This document shows positions 56,534 through 64,000 of a stretch of 64,000 nucleotides of DNA, piece after piece. This stretch comes from an uncultured Myxococcales bacterium (GTDB taxonomy: Bacteria; Myxococcota_A; Polyangia; Fen-1088): assembly GCA_964443975.1 (NCBI GenBank), contig CAYUFS010000015.1:11711-75710 (forward strand). Direction: 5' to 3'. Position 1 is the stretch's first letter; every line of letters begins with the position of its first letter. Under the pieces are notes generated by a model. The model saw only the letters and a list, made by a program, of their open reading frames with translations. It had not been told where the DNA came from and made no database searches. A program made the translations under genes and the position numbers.

Positions 56534-56800
56534 GCATGCCTTCGCAAGAGGAGATCGCGTAACCGCGATGATGCTAGGCCGCCAGGCGTCGTTCCCGCAA
56601 GCACCATTGCGCAACGTGCGCGCGGCTGCACAACCTGTGCAGCGCAACGCGGGCGGCAGCCAGGCCGCCGAGGTTCGCGGTCGCAGGCCATACGAGGCAG
56701 GCCCGATGGCTGCGGGCCTTTTCAGCCACGCGGCCGGCCCGTCCCTTGGAACGTGTCTTGCTGCTAGGCGGCCGGTCTGCACAAAAGAGGAGAATCGCGC

Positions 56801-57934
56801 ATGACGGCATCCCACGCTCAATCGCATCTGGAACCGGAGAACGACTTCGACGAGGCCAGCGAATACCTGGACGAGCTTCGCAACGACCACCTGGGGCTGG
56901 TCGGGGGGTCTCCTGCCATGGTCGCGCTTCGCGACCTAATCCGGCGGGTCGCCCGGTCGGAGCGACCGATCCTCATCTCGGGGCCAGAGGGCGCCGGGAA
57001 GTCGCTGGTCGCGCTCGCGATCCAGCGCCTGGGCGCCGTGGGCGGAGCCTCCGGCCGACTGGTGTTCGCGAACTGCGCCGAGCTCGCCGAGAAGGAGCTG
57101 GAGGCGATGCTCTTTGGGGCCCCGGGGCGGCCCGCGGCGCTCTCGCCAGGGGACACCGTGGCGCTCGACGATGTGGACCGTCTTCCGCCGTCGATTCAGG
57201 CGAAGTTGGTGCGGGCGTTTCAGGTCGGGGCGTCGGCGGGTGGACAGGCCGCGGCCCGTGGGGGCGCGCCGCAGCCGCGAGCCTTGCCTCGTATTCTGGC
57301 GTTGACGAACCATTCTCTGTCCCGGGCCGTCCGCGAGAACACCTTCCGCGCGGACCTGCTGTACGAGCTGGCGGTCCTCACGGTGCCGGTGCCTGGTCTG
57401 GACGAGCACAGGAGCGACATTCCCGCCCTGGTCAATCACGTCCTCAGGCTCGGGCAGAGCTCGATCCGCTTCTCGTCCGATGCACTCGACTTCCTGGGTG
57501 CGCGCGGCTGGCCGGGCGGCGTGCGCGAGCTGCGCAGCGTGGTCGAGCGCGCGGTTTCGCTCTGCCGGGAGCCTAGTGTCAGCGCGGAGCTCCTTCGTCG
57601 GCTGGTGGCGCCGGAGCCCCTCGAGACCAATATCAATCACTCCCTTCAGGCGCTGGCGGAGCGGCTGCTCAGGCTGCCGGTCCGCAACAAGCTGGCGGCG
57701 GTGGAGGAAGCGCTGCTGGCGATGGCGATGGAGACGTGCTTTGGAAACAAGAGCGCGGCAGCTCGGATGCTGGGCTTACATCGCAAGGCCGTCGAGCGGA
57801 AGCTGGAAAAGTACGACGTCCGGTTCGCGCGGGCGCCCATGCGGGCGGGCGAAACCGCCATTGGAGAGATAGGGGCAACCGCCGCGCCCAGCGGCACGTT
57901 TCGGTCCTCGGCGACAGGTCACTTTCCAGGCTGA
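56801..57934 (+). CDS. Sigma-54 activator-like AAA+ regulator lacking receiver domain and with degenerate GAFTGA loop, C-terminal Fis-type HTH
   Basis: Walker A GPEGAGKS, Walker B/arginine-finger-like blocks, and the HTH GNKSAAARMLGLHRKAVERKL. The GAFTGA position reads LFGAPGRPAALS. Confidence 0.7.
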   Translation: MTASHAQSHLEPENDFDEASEYLDELRNDHLGLVGGSPAMVALRDLIRRVARSERPILISGPEGAGKSLVALAIQRLGAVGGASGRLVFANCAELAEKELEAMLFGAPGRPAALSPGDTVALDDVDRLPPSIQAKLVRAFQVGASAGGQAAARGGAPQPRALPRILALTNHSLSRAVRENTFRADLLYELAVLTVPVPGLDEHRSDIPALVNHVLRLGQSSIRFSSDALDFLGARGWPGGVRELRSVVERAVSLCREPSVSAELLRRLVAPEPLETNINHSLQALAERLLRLPVRNKLAAVEEALLAMAMETCFGNKSAAARMLGLHRKAVERKLEKYDVRFARAPMRAGETAIGEIGATAAPSGTFRSSATGHFPG

Positions 57935-58016
57935 CCGAAGCCCATGCGGTCCGCCGTTCCGGCGGTGGGCCCTGCGATGTGCTAGCGTTTGCGGGTTTCC
58001 GGAAGGAGGCCTCGCG

Positions 58017-58169
58017 ATGAGATGGGAACAGCCTGAGCTCGTGGAAATCGGAATGAACGCGGAAATCGGCGGCTATCAGTCGGACTTCGACGGCACCGAC
58101 GCCCCGGGACCGCGACGCCCCACCGGGGAATCCTCGGACGACAAAACCGGAACGCGCTCCGGTTCGTGA
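58017..58169 (+). CDS. pqqA: Candidate PQQ precursor peptide PqqA (50 aa, extended C-terminus)
   Basis: Not in the ORF track (below its length cut-off). A GGAGG RBS lies 7 nt upstream. MRWEQPELVEIGMNAEIGGYQSDFDG... has W3, P6 and the E-x-x-x-Y pair (E16/Y20) with PqqA-like spacing. It ends 79 nt before pqqB. Confidence 0.6.
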   Translation: MRWEQPELVEIGMNAEIGGYQSDFDGTDAPGPRRPTGESSDDKTGTRSGS

Positions 58170-58248
58170 TATCGAAAGCCACCCATCGGAACCCAGGGTC
58201 GCACGGGCGCCCCGTCGGTCACTGACGGGACGAAAAGCCGAGGTTGCG

Positions 58249-59175
58249 TTGAGGGTTCGCGTGCTCGGCTCCGCCGCTGGAGGGGGGGCTCCGCAGTGGA
58301 ACTGTGGGTGCGCCAATTGCCAGGGACTTCGTAGCGGCGCGATCCGGGCGACCGCGCGCCGCCAGGAGTCCGTCGCGGTGAGCCCGTCGGGCGAGTCGTG
58401 GTTGGTGCTGAACGCGTCGCCCGAGATTCGGGCGCAGGTCGAGAGTTTCTCGGGGCTGTGGCCCAAGCGCCCGCGCCACTCCCCGATTGCCGGGATCGTG
58501 CTGACGAACGGCGACCTGGATCATGTGCTCGGATTGCTCTCGCTTCGCGAGTCCCATCCCCTCACGGTGTTTGCGACTGAGAGTGTGCGTCGGGGATTCA
58601 CCGAGGGGAACGTGCTTTATCGAACGCTGCAACGCTTCGAGGGGCAGGTGACCTGGCGGGCCCTCCACCTGGGACAGGAGATCGAGGCGTTCGAGGAGCA
58701 GGGCGCACGCGTGACCCTGGTCCCGTTCGCGGTCCCCGGCAAGCGGCCCATCCATCTCGAGGGGCCTGGGGCGCCTGCGCCGAGCGACGAGGACAATATT
58801 GCCCTGGTCGTGACGGCCCGCAGGGGGCAGGACCGGCGGGCGCTGGGGTACGTGCCCGCGGCGGCCGCATGGACGTCCGAAATGGAGGAGCGGCTCTCCC
58901 CGCTCGACGCCGTGTTCTTCGACGGGACGTTCTGGTCCAGCGACGAGCTGGTCGCCGCCGGTCTGGGGACGAAGCGAGCGGAGGACATGGCGCACCTGCC
59001 GGTTGGGGGAGCGGGGGGCGGACTGTCGCACCTCGAGAAATTGCGGGCGCGCCGGCGCATCTTGATCCACATCAACAACACCAACCCGATCCTTCGCGAG
59101 GACTCGTCCGAGCGTGCGCAGGTCGCAGCGGCAGGGGTGGAGATCGCGCACGACGACATGGAGATCCTGCTTTGA
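58249..59175 (+). CDS. pqqB: Coenzyme PQQ synthesis protein B (metallo-beta-lactamase fold)
   Basis: MRVRVLGSAAGGGAPQWNCGCANC matches the PqqB N-terminus. The start codon is TTG with a GAGGT RBS. Confidence 0.9.
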   Translation: MRVRVLGSAAGGGAPQWNCGCANCQGLRSGAIRATARRQESVAVSPSGESWLVLNASPEIRAQVESFSGLWPKRPRHSPIAGIVLTNGDLDHVLGLLSLRESHPLTVFATESVRRGFTEGNVLYRTLQRFEGQVTWRALHLGQEIEAFEEQGARVTLVPFAVPGKRPIHLEGPGAPAPSDEDNIALVVTARRGQDRRALGYVPAAAAWTSEMEERLSPLDAVFFDGTFWSSDELVAAGLGTKRAEDMAHLPVGGAGGGLSHLEKLRARRRILIHINNTNPILREDSSERAQVAAAGVEIAHDDMEILL

Positions 59176-59930
59176 GTGAGCGACCAGCGACCGGCACGAG
59201 CGCGTACTCCTACGGAGCCGACATCGCCGCGCCCTCGCTGTTGGCGCCCGATGCCTTCGTCGAGCGCCTGCGCAGCGAGGGGGCGTCCCGCTACCACGAT
59301 CAGCATCCGTTCCACCTGGCGATGCACGAGGGCCGGCTGTCGCGCGCCGATCTACAGCGCTGGGTGCTGAATCGTTACTACTATCAAACGCGGATCCCCA
59401 TCAAGGACGCGCTGATCCTCTCGAAGAGCGAGGACCCCGCGTTTCGGCGCGCCTGGATTCGAAGGATTCACGATCACGACGGCGTGGCGGAAGGCGAGGG
59501 CGGCCTCGCCGAGTGGCTTCGGTTGGCCGTGGCGGTCGGGCTGGACCCCGATGACGTGGAGAGCTGTCGCCTGGTGCATCCGGGCGTTCGCTTCGCTTGC
59601 GACACGTACGTCACGCTGGTCCGCGACAGCCGCCTGGTGGTCGCGGTCGCGTCGTCCCTGACGGAGTTCTTCGCGCCCGACCTGATGGCGCGCCGGATCG
59701 AGGCATGGGAGCGGCACTATCCGTTCGTCGACGCGGCGGGGCTGGCGTACTTCCGGGCCCGCGTGCCGCGGGCGCGCCGCGACTCGGAGGAGGCGGTGGC
59801 GTTCGTGGTGGCCGGGGCGCACACGCGCGAGGTGCAGGACGCGTGCGTGGCCGCGCTGGTGCGCAAGACCCAGATCCTGTGGCACCTGCTCGATTGTGTC
59901 GCCGCCGGGGCCGGCGGCGGCGGGCCGTGA
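59172..59930 (+). CDS. pqqC: Pyrroloquinoline-quinone synthase PqqC
   Basis: HPFHLAMHEGRLSRADLQRWVLNRYYYQTRIPIKDALILSKSEDP is the PqqC signature. A probable TTG start overlaps the pqqB stop. The track ORF 58869..59930 is over-extended. Confidence 0.85.
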   Translation: MSERPATGTSAYSYGADIAAPSLLAPDAFVERLRSEGASRYHDQHPFHLAMHEGRLSRADLQRWVLNRYYYQTRIPIKDALILSKSEDPAFRRAWIRRIHDHDGVAEGEGGLAEWLRLAVAVGLDPDDVESCRLVHPGVRFACDTYVTLVRDSRLVVAVASSLTEFFAPDLMARRIEAWERHYPFVDAAGLAYFRARVPRARRDSEEAVAFVVAGAHTREVQDACVAALVRKTQILWHLLDCVAAGAGGGGP

Positions 59931-61387
59931 CCGGGATCCCGGGCGCGGGGCGTCCGCGCCTCGCCGCCGGGGTTCGGCTGCGCCTCGATCACCTGTCGGG
60001 AAAGCACCTCTTGCTCCGCCCCGAGCGGGGGTTCGAGCTGAAGGGGGCAGCCCTCGAGATCGTGCGATCGTTCGGGGGGACGCCCACCGTCGACGGCATC
60101 ATCGACCACCTGGCTGCGTCGCATGCCGACGTCGCCCGCGCCCAGATCGCCGCCGACGTCCTCCGGTTGCTGGAGGAATTGCGGACGCGAGGGTTGATCG
60201 AGCTCGACGAGCCTGGCTGGAACCGCGGCGGCGACACGGGGTGGAGCGAGCCCACGCCCATCGACCGGCGGCCCCATTCCGCGACGAATGAGCCGCGACC
60301 CTACACCCTGGTCGCGGAGCTGACCTATCGCTGCCCGCTGCGCTGCGCGTATTGCTCCAACCCCATTCGCCTCGACACGCTGGGCCCCGAGCTGGACACG
60401 GCGACCTGGGCGCGCGTGTTCGAGGAGGCCGAGGCCCTCGGCGTCATGCAGGTCACGCTGACCGGCGGCGAGCCGCTCGTGCGCGCCGACCTCGAGGCGA
60501 TCGTCGCGGCGGCACGCGCACGCGATCTCTACACGACGCTCATCACCAGCGGCGTCCCGCTCGATCGCGAGCGGCTCGCCGGTCTGCGCGCGCGCGGGCT
60601 CGATGGCCTCCAGCTGTCGATTCAGGACACGGACGGCGAGGCCGCCGCGCGCATCGCGGGAATAGACGCCATGGCCCAGAAGGCGGCCGTGGCGGGCTGG
60701 GCGCGCGCGCTCGGATTGCCGCTGACGTTGAACGTGGTCTTGCACCGCGCGAACCTGCCCCGCCTCGCGTCCTTCATCACCCTCGCCGAAGCTTGGGGAG
60801 CCGAGCGCCTGGAGCTGGCGCACGTGCAGTACCTCGGCTGGGCGCTGGCGAACCGGGCGGCGCTGCTGCCGACGGCCACCATGATCGCCGAGGCACGCGC
60901 CGAGGTGACGCGCGCGCGTGAACGCCTGGGGCGGCGGATGGAGATCCTCGCGGTGCTGCCGGACTACTTCGCCGACCAGCCGCGCGGCTGCATGGAGGGT
61001 TGGGGGCGCCGCTACGTGGTCGTGGCGCCCGACGGCCGCGCGCTGCCGTGCCACGCCGCGCACACGCTACCGGGGCTCAGCTTCGACTCCGTCACCACGC
61101 GCGCGCTCGCCGACATCTGGACCAACTCGGATGCCTTCAGGCGGTTTCGTGGCGAGGCCTGGATGCCAGAGCCGTGCCGAAGCTGCGAACGGCGCACGCT
61201 CGATTTCGGCGGTTGCCGCTGCCAGGCGTACCACCTGACGGGCGACGCAACCGCGACGGATCCCGCGTGCGCCCTCGCCCCGCGCCACGATCTCGTGGTG
61301 GCCGCGCGCGACGACGCCGAGGCCCGCGCCGCGTCTGACACGGGCGCGCGCACGCTTCAACTTCGCCGTCCTCCTGCCTCCGGCTGA
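59927..61387 (+). CDS. pqqE: PqqD-PqqE fusion: peptide chaperone domain fused to radical-SAM/SPASM enzyme
   Basis: GTG start overlapping the pqqC stop (GTGA). The PqqD-like block is PRLAAGVRLRLDHLSGKHLLLRPERGFELKGAALEIVRSFGGTPTVDGII. The radical-SAM region has CPLRCAYC (Cx3Cx2C) and C-terminal SPASM cysteines. There is no stop between the two domains. Confidence 0.85.
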   Translation: MTGIPGAGRPRLAAGVRLRLDHLSGKHLLLRPERGFELKGAALEIVRSFGGTPTVDGIIDHLAASHADVARAQIAADVLRLLEELRTRGLIELDEPGWNRGGDTGWSEPTPIDRRPHSATNEPRPYTLVAELTYRCPLRCAYCSNPIRLDTLGPELDTATWARVFEEAEALGVMQVTLTGGEPLVRADLEAIVAAARARDLYTTLITSGVPLDRERLAGLRARGLDGLQLSIQDTDGEAAARIAGIDAMAQKAAVAGWARALGLPLTLNVVLHRANLPRLASFITLAEAWGAERLELAHVQYLGWALANRAALLPTATMIAEARAEVTRARERLGRRMEILAVLPDYFADQPRGCMEGWGRRYVVVAPDGRALPCHAAHTLPGLSFDSVTTRALADIWTNSDAFRRFRGEAWMPEPCRSCERRTLDFGGCRCQAYHLTGDATATDPACALAPRHDLVVAARDDAEARAASDTGARTLQLRRPPASG

Positions 61388-61418
61388 GCCGCGCGTTCGT
61401 GGTCGTGGTGCCTCGGGC

Positions 61419-62252
61419 TCAGCGCAGGGCGTGGGTCATCAGCGGCAGCTTTCCGGCCGCCGGACCGCACTTCGAGATGGCCGCCAGATCATGCGCGACG
61501 AACATCATATTCAGATACTCCTTCTCGGGGAATGGTCTGGCGATGTTGAACCCACGCAGGCGGTCAATCTTGATCGATTGATTGGCCCGGTTGAAGTCGT
61601 CGATCGCGAGAAGCTCGCCGGCGAACCGGTGCGAGATGGGCAGATCGACATCGTCGAAGTAGATGAACGTCCGTCGCAACAGCTTGCGGCCGGGGAGGGT
61701 GAGCACCTGGAGCGCCTGCATCGTCGACGAGTAGAGATCCACGTCGACGGAGATGAAGCCAACAGGCGGTGCGGAGCCGGCGCGCACGAAGGCCGGCACC
61801 GTGTCGGCGACATTCCCCAGGATCAGCTCGGTACGCGCCGTCAGCCGTTCGCGCAGGCTGACCTCGTCCATCGGATAGTCCCCTGGCTGCCAGGCGTCGG
61901 GGTGATCGCGGTGGTCGCCGATGAAGGCTGGCAATCCGGCGGGTCCGTTGTCAAACCCAAACACCCGGATGGTCACCCCCGTCTCGCGCTCGACCGCCGC
62001 GCTCTCCTCTTGGAGCGATATGAGACCGTTGCCTCCGGCCACCCCGAACTCGATGACCGAGATCTCCTGGATTCCCTCCGCACGCGCCTGCTCCGCCGCG
62101 AGCAAGACCCCAGCCAGGTAGTTCGGTCGCGGGGAAAGATCCCATAACGAGCGGGTCGCCACCGACACCGGCAACGCGCCATACAACGCCTTCACCAGCA
62201 ATCGAAACGGCGGCTCCTTGAGGATCTTCTTGAAATACCGGCCAGCCTGCAT
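61419..62252 (-). CDS. Class I SAM-dependent methyltransferase, TylF/MycF-like (putative)
   Basis: VIEFGVAGGNG and FGFDNGPAGLP resemble the VECGVxRGGS and FDSFxGLP blocks of TylF-family O-methyltransferases. 277 aa. Confidence 0.45.
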   Translation of the reverse strand: MQAGRYFKKILKEPPFRLLVKALYGALPVSVATRSLWDLSPRPNYLAGVLLAAEQARAEGIQEISVIEFGVAGGNGLISLQEESAAVERETGVTIRVFGFDNGPAGLPAFIGDHRDHPDAWQPGDYPMDEVSLRERLTARTELILGNVADTVPAFVRAGSAPPVGFISVDVDLYSSTMQALQVLTLPGRKLLRRTFIYFDDVDLPISHRFAGELLAIDDFNRANQSIKIDRLRGFNIARPFPEKEYLNMMFVAHDLAAISKCGPAAGKLPLMTHALR

Positions 62253-62406
62253 GTGCCACCTCGCGCTCTCGGTCTAGACCGTTCAACCAGTCGAAATCTA
62301 GACGAACGAGGCAAGTTCTCAAGGGGTGGGTCCGCCGTCTGCGACCATGGTGGCTCTTTAGGCTCGTGTGGTGCCTCCTACCTCGTGGACGCCCGCGCTG
62401 ACCGCC

Positions 62407-63849
62407 TCAGGCCGGCTCGCCTTCGGCGTCGAGGACCACGGGCGCCGGCAAGCCCAGCGCCCGCAGCTCCGGCTCGATGGTGGCGCGGTCGCCGACCACG
62501 ACGATGCCGAGCCGGTCGGGGTCGAGATAGCGGGCGGCCGCTTGCTTCATGTCGTCGGCGGTGGTGGCGGCGACCGCGGCGATGAACCGCGCCGGCTCGT
62601 CTGCGGGCAGCCCATAGAGCCCCATGTCCGCGAACGTGCCCGCCACGCCCGACGCCGTCGACAGCGCCTCGGCCGTGCGATCGAGCAGGGTGGCGCGGGC
62701 CTTCGTCATCTCGGCGTCGCCCACGTCATCGGTGCGCATGCGCCCGATCTCCTCGAGCGCGTCCGTTATGGCGGCGCCGGTCACCTGAGTGAACACGGAG
62801 GTGCGCACGGTGAACGACGACGGACGCCGGAACGCGCTGAACCCCGAGCTCGCGCCGTAGGTGTAGCCCTTCTTCTCGCGCAGCGTGAAGTTCAGGCGAC
62901 TGGTGAACGTGCCGCCGAGGACGACGTTCAGCATCTGCACGGCAGGGCGATCGGGGGCGAGGCGCGACGAGCCCGGGCCCACCATCCGAAGGACGCTCTG
63001 GGGCGCCCCCGGTCGGTCGACCATCACGAGGCGTGGCAGCGACGGGAGGCGGGGCGTCGGCGCGGTGACGGGCAGCGGCGCGGGGCGCCATCTGGAGAAC
63101 GCGCGTTCGAGCTCCTCCGCCAGCGTCGCCGGCTCGAAGTCCCCCGCCAGCGTGACGACGGCGTTGTTCGGGCGCCAGAACCTGTCGTGGAACGCGCGCA
63201 CGTCATCCAGGGCCAGCGCGCCGATGGTGGCTTCCAGGCCGTCCACCGGACGCCCATAAGGATGGGTCGGCCCGTAGAGCGCCAGGGCGGTGATCAAGTC
63301 CGCGACCGACTCGGGCTGATCGCGCCGCTGCTGCAACGCCGTCAGGCGGTCGTGGTGCACCCGCTCCCAGTCCGCGACCTCGAAGCGCGGTCGCAGCACG
63401 ATGTCGGTCGCGATCTCCAGCGCCTGCGAAAACTCCTCGCTCGGGACCTGGAGGTTCAACTGCGCGCCGTCGCGTCCCGCGCCGACCCAGAGGTCGGCGC
63501 CGAGCCGCTCCAGCGACTCGGCGATCTCCAGCGCCGTGCGAGGGCCCGCGCCCTCGTCCATCATCTCGGCGGTCAGCGACGCGAGGCCCGTCTGCCCGGG
63601 AGGATCTTGATCCGCGCCGGTGCGGATGACCAGGTTCAACGCCACGATCGGCGCTGCCCGTCGCCGAACCGCCACCACCTCCATGCCGTTCGATAGCACG
63701 AACGAGATGGGTTGGGGCATGACGAGCGCGGGGAACGGCCCCACGACCGGGCGGTGCGCCATGTACGGCGGCGAGGTCACGGGGACAGGCTGGGCCGCCC
63801 GCGCTTCACCGCCGCCGTCCGCCGCGCCGTCGCGCACCGGCCCGCTCAC
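62407..63849 (-). CDS. M16-family (pitrilysin-like) peptidase homologue, probably the non-catalytic subunit
   Basis: M16 fold blocks are present. The zinc-site position reads GLASLTAEMMDEG rather than HxxEH. The GTG start overlaps the stop of the upstream gene (GTGA). Confidence 0.7.
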   Translation of the reverse strand: MSGPVRDGAADGGGEARAAQPVPVTSPPYMAHRPVVGPFPALVMPQPISFVLSNGMEVVAVRRRAAPIVALNLVIRTGADQDPPGQTGLASLTAEMMDEGAGPRTALEIAESLERLGADLWVGAGRDGAQLNLQVPSEEFSQALEIATDIVLRPRFEVADWERVHHDRLTALQQRRDQPESVADLITALALYGPTHPYGRPVDGLEATIGALALDDVRAFHDRFWRPNNAVVTLAGDFEPATLAEELERAFSRWRPAPLPVTAPTPRLPSLPRLVMVDRPGAPQSVLRMVGPGSSRLAPDRPAVQMLNVVLGGTFTSRLNFTLREKKGYTYGASSGFSAFRRPSSFTVRTSVFTQVTGAAITDALEEIGRMRTDDVGDAEMTKARATLLDRTAEALSTASGVAGTFADMGLYGLPADEPARFIAAVAATTADDMKQAAARYLDPDRLGIVVVGDRATIEPELRALGLPAPVVLDAEGEPA

Positions 63850-64000
63850 GGTGACTCTCCGCGCCGCGCGCGCGGTGGCCGCGCGCGCGCATCGGCCGCG
63901 TCGGCGCCTGCGCCCTCGTCGCCGTCCTCGCCATCCTCGCTGTCGGCCGCGGGCGCCGAGGGATCGGGCACGATGCTCAGGATCAGCCGCTTCGCCGAGG
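63846..64000 (-). CDS. 3' end of upstream gene (partial; likely M16 partner subunit) with acidic low-complexity tail
   Basis: The reading frame is open to the window edge. It ends ...LILSIVPDPSAPAADSEDGEDGDEGAGADAADARARA...* and overlaps the next start. Confidence 0.3.
   Translation of the reverse strand, partial: SAKRLILSIVPDPSAPAADSEDGEDGDEGAGADAADARARPPRARRGESP

Noticed and set aside
57935-58016. Possible sigma-54 (-24 GG / -12 GC) promoter upstream of pqqA
   Set aside because: I scanned for TGGCAC-N5-TTGC. Only partial matches with wrong spacing were found, so I am not confident enough to call a promoter.
59717-61063. 448-aa minus-strand ORF
   Set aside because: It is antisense to pqqDE, which has radical SAM and SPASM motifs.

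Overview
This window is about 70% GC and looks myxobacterial (Myxococcota). The evidence for that is a MYXO-CTERM sorting tail, MopE-like cysteine repeats, FHA-fused sigma-54 activators and many lipoproteins with long Gly/Ser/Thr linkers. I support about 50 coding regions from the sequence; I found no rRNA, tRNA, CRISPR arrays or transposases.

The blocks that stand out most:
1. Three paralogous DUF1592-family/DUF1552-family (HXXSHH-motif) gene pairs lie within 30 kb (1955-5340, 10064-13511, 28641-31909). All three pairs are translationally coupled, one has inverted gene order, and each sits next to a secreted hydrolase-like gene.
2. A candidate NikR-controlled nickel-uptake locus (36871-42173) contains a TonB-dependent receptor with a fused N-terminal TonB-C domain, a lipoprotein, a NicO-family permease, divergent tonB and nikR. 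An AT-rich control region carries a perfect 9-bp inverted repeat and a tandem 11-bp direct repeat.
3. A PQQ biosynthesis operon (58017-61387) has an unannotated, unusually long (50 aa) pqqA, then pqqB, pqqC and a pqqD-pqqE fusion. Two sigma-54-type regulators precede it, one FHA-fused and one lacking GAFTGA. A convergent TylF-like methyltransferase gene and an M16 peptidase pair (PqqF/G-like) follow it.
4. A six-gene translationally coupled export locus (43134-50374) is MarR, ABC ATPase, a giant FtsX permease, a second FtsX permease, a LolA-like protein and an outer-membrane beta-barrel.

Other content: a 5'-nucleotidase-like/tetraheme cytochrome c fusion lipoprotein, two small PSCyt1-like mono-heme lipoproteins, a TreS-maltokinase fusion, a PLD-family cardiolipin-synthase-like gene with a GT4 glycosyltransferase, a sensor histidine kinase, murI, ilvD, a FucP-like MFS permease and an ECF sigma/anti-sigma operon.

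Most long antisense ORFs in the six-frame track are mirror artefacts of GC-rich or GGN-rich coding sequence and were rejected.
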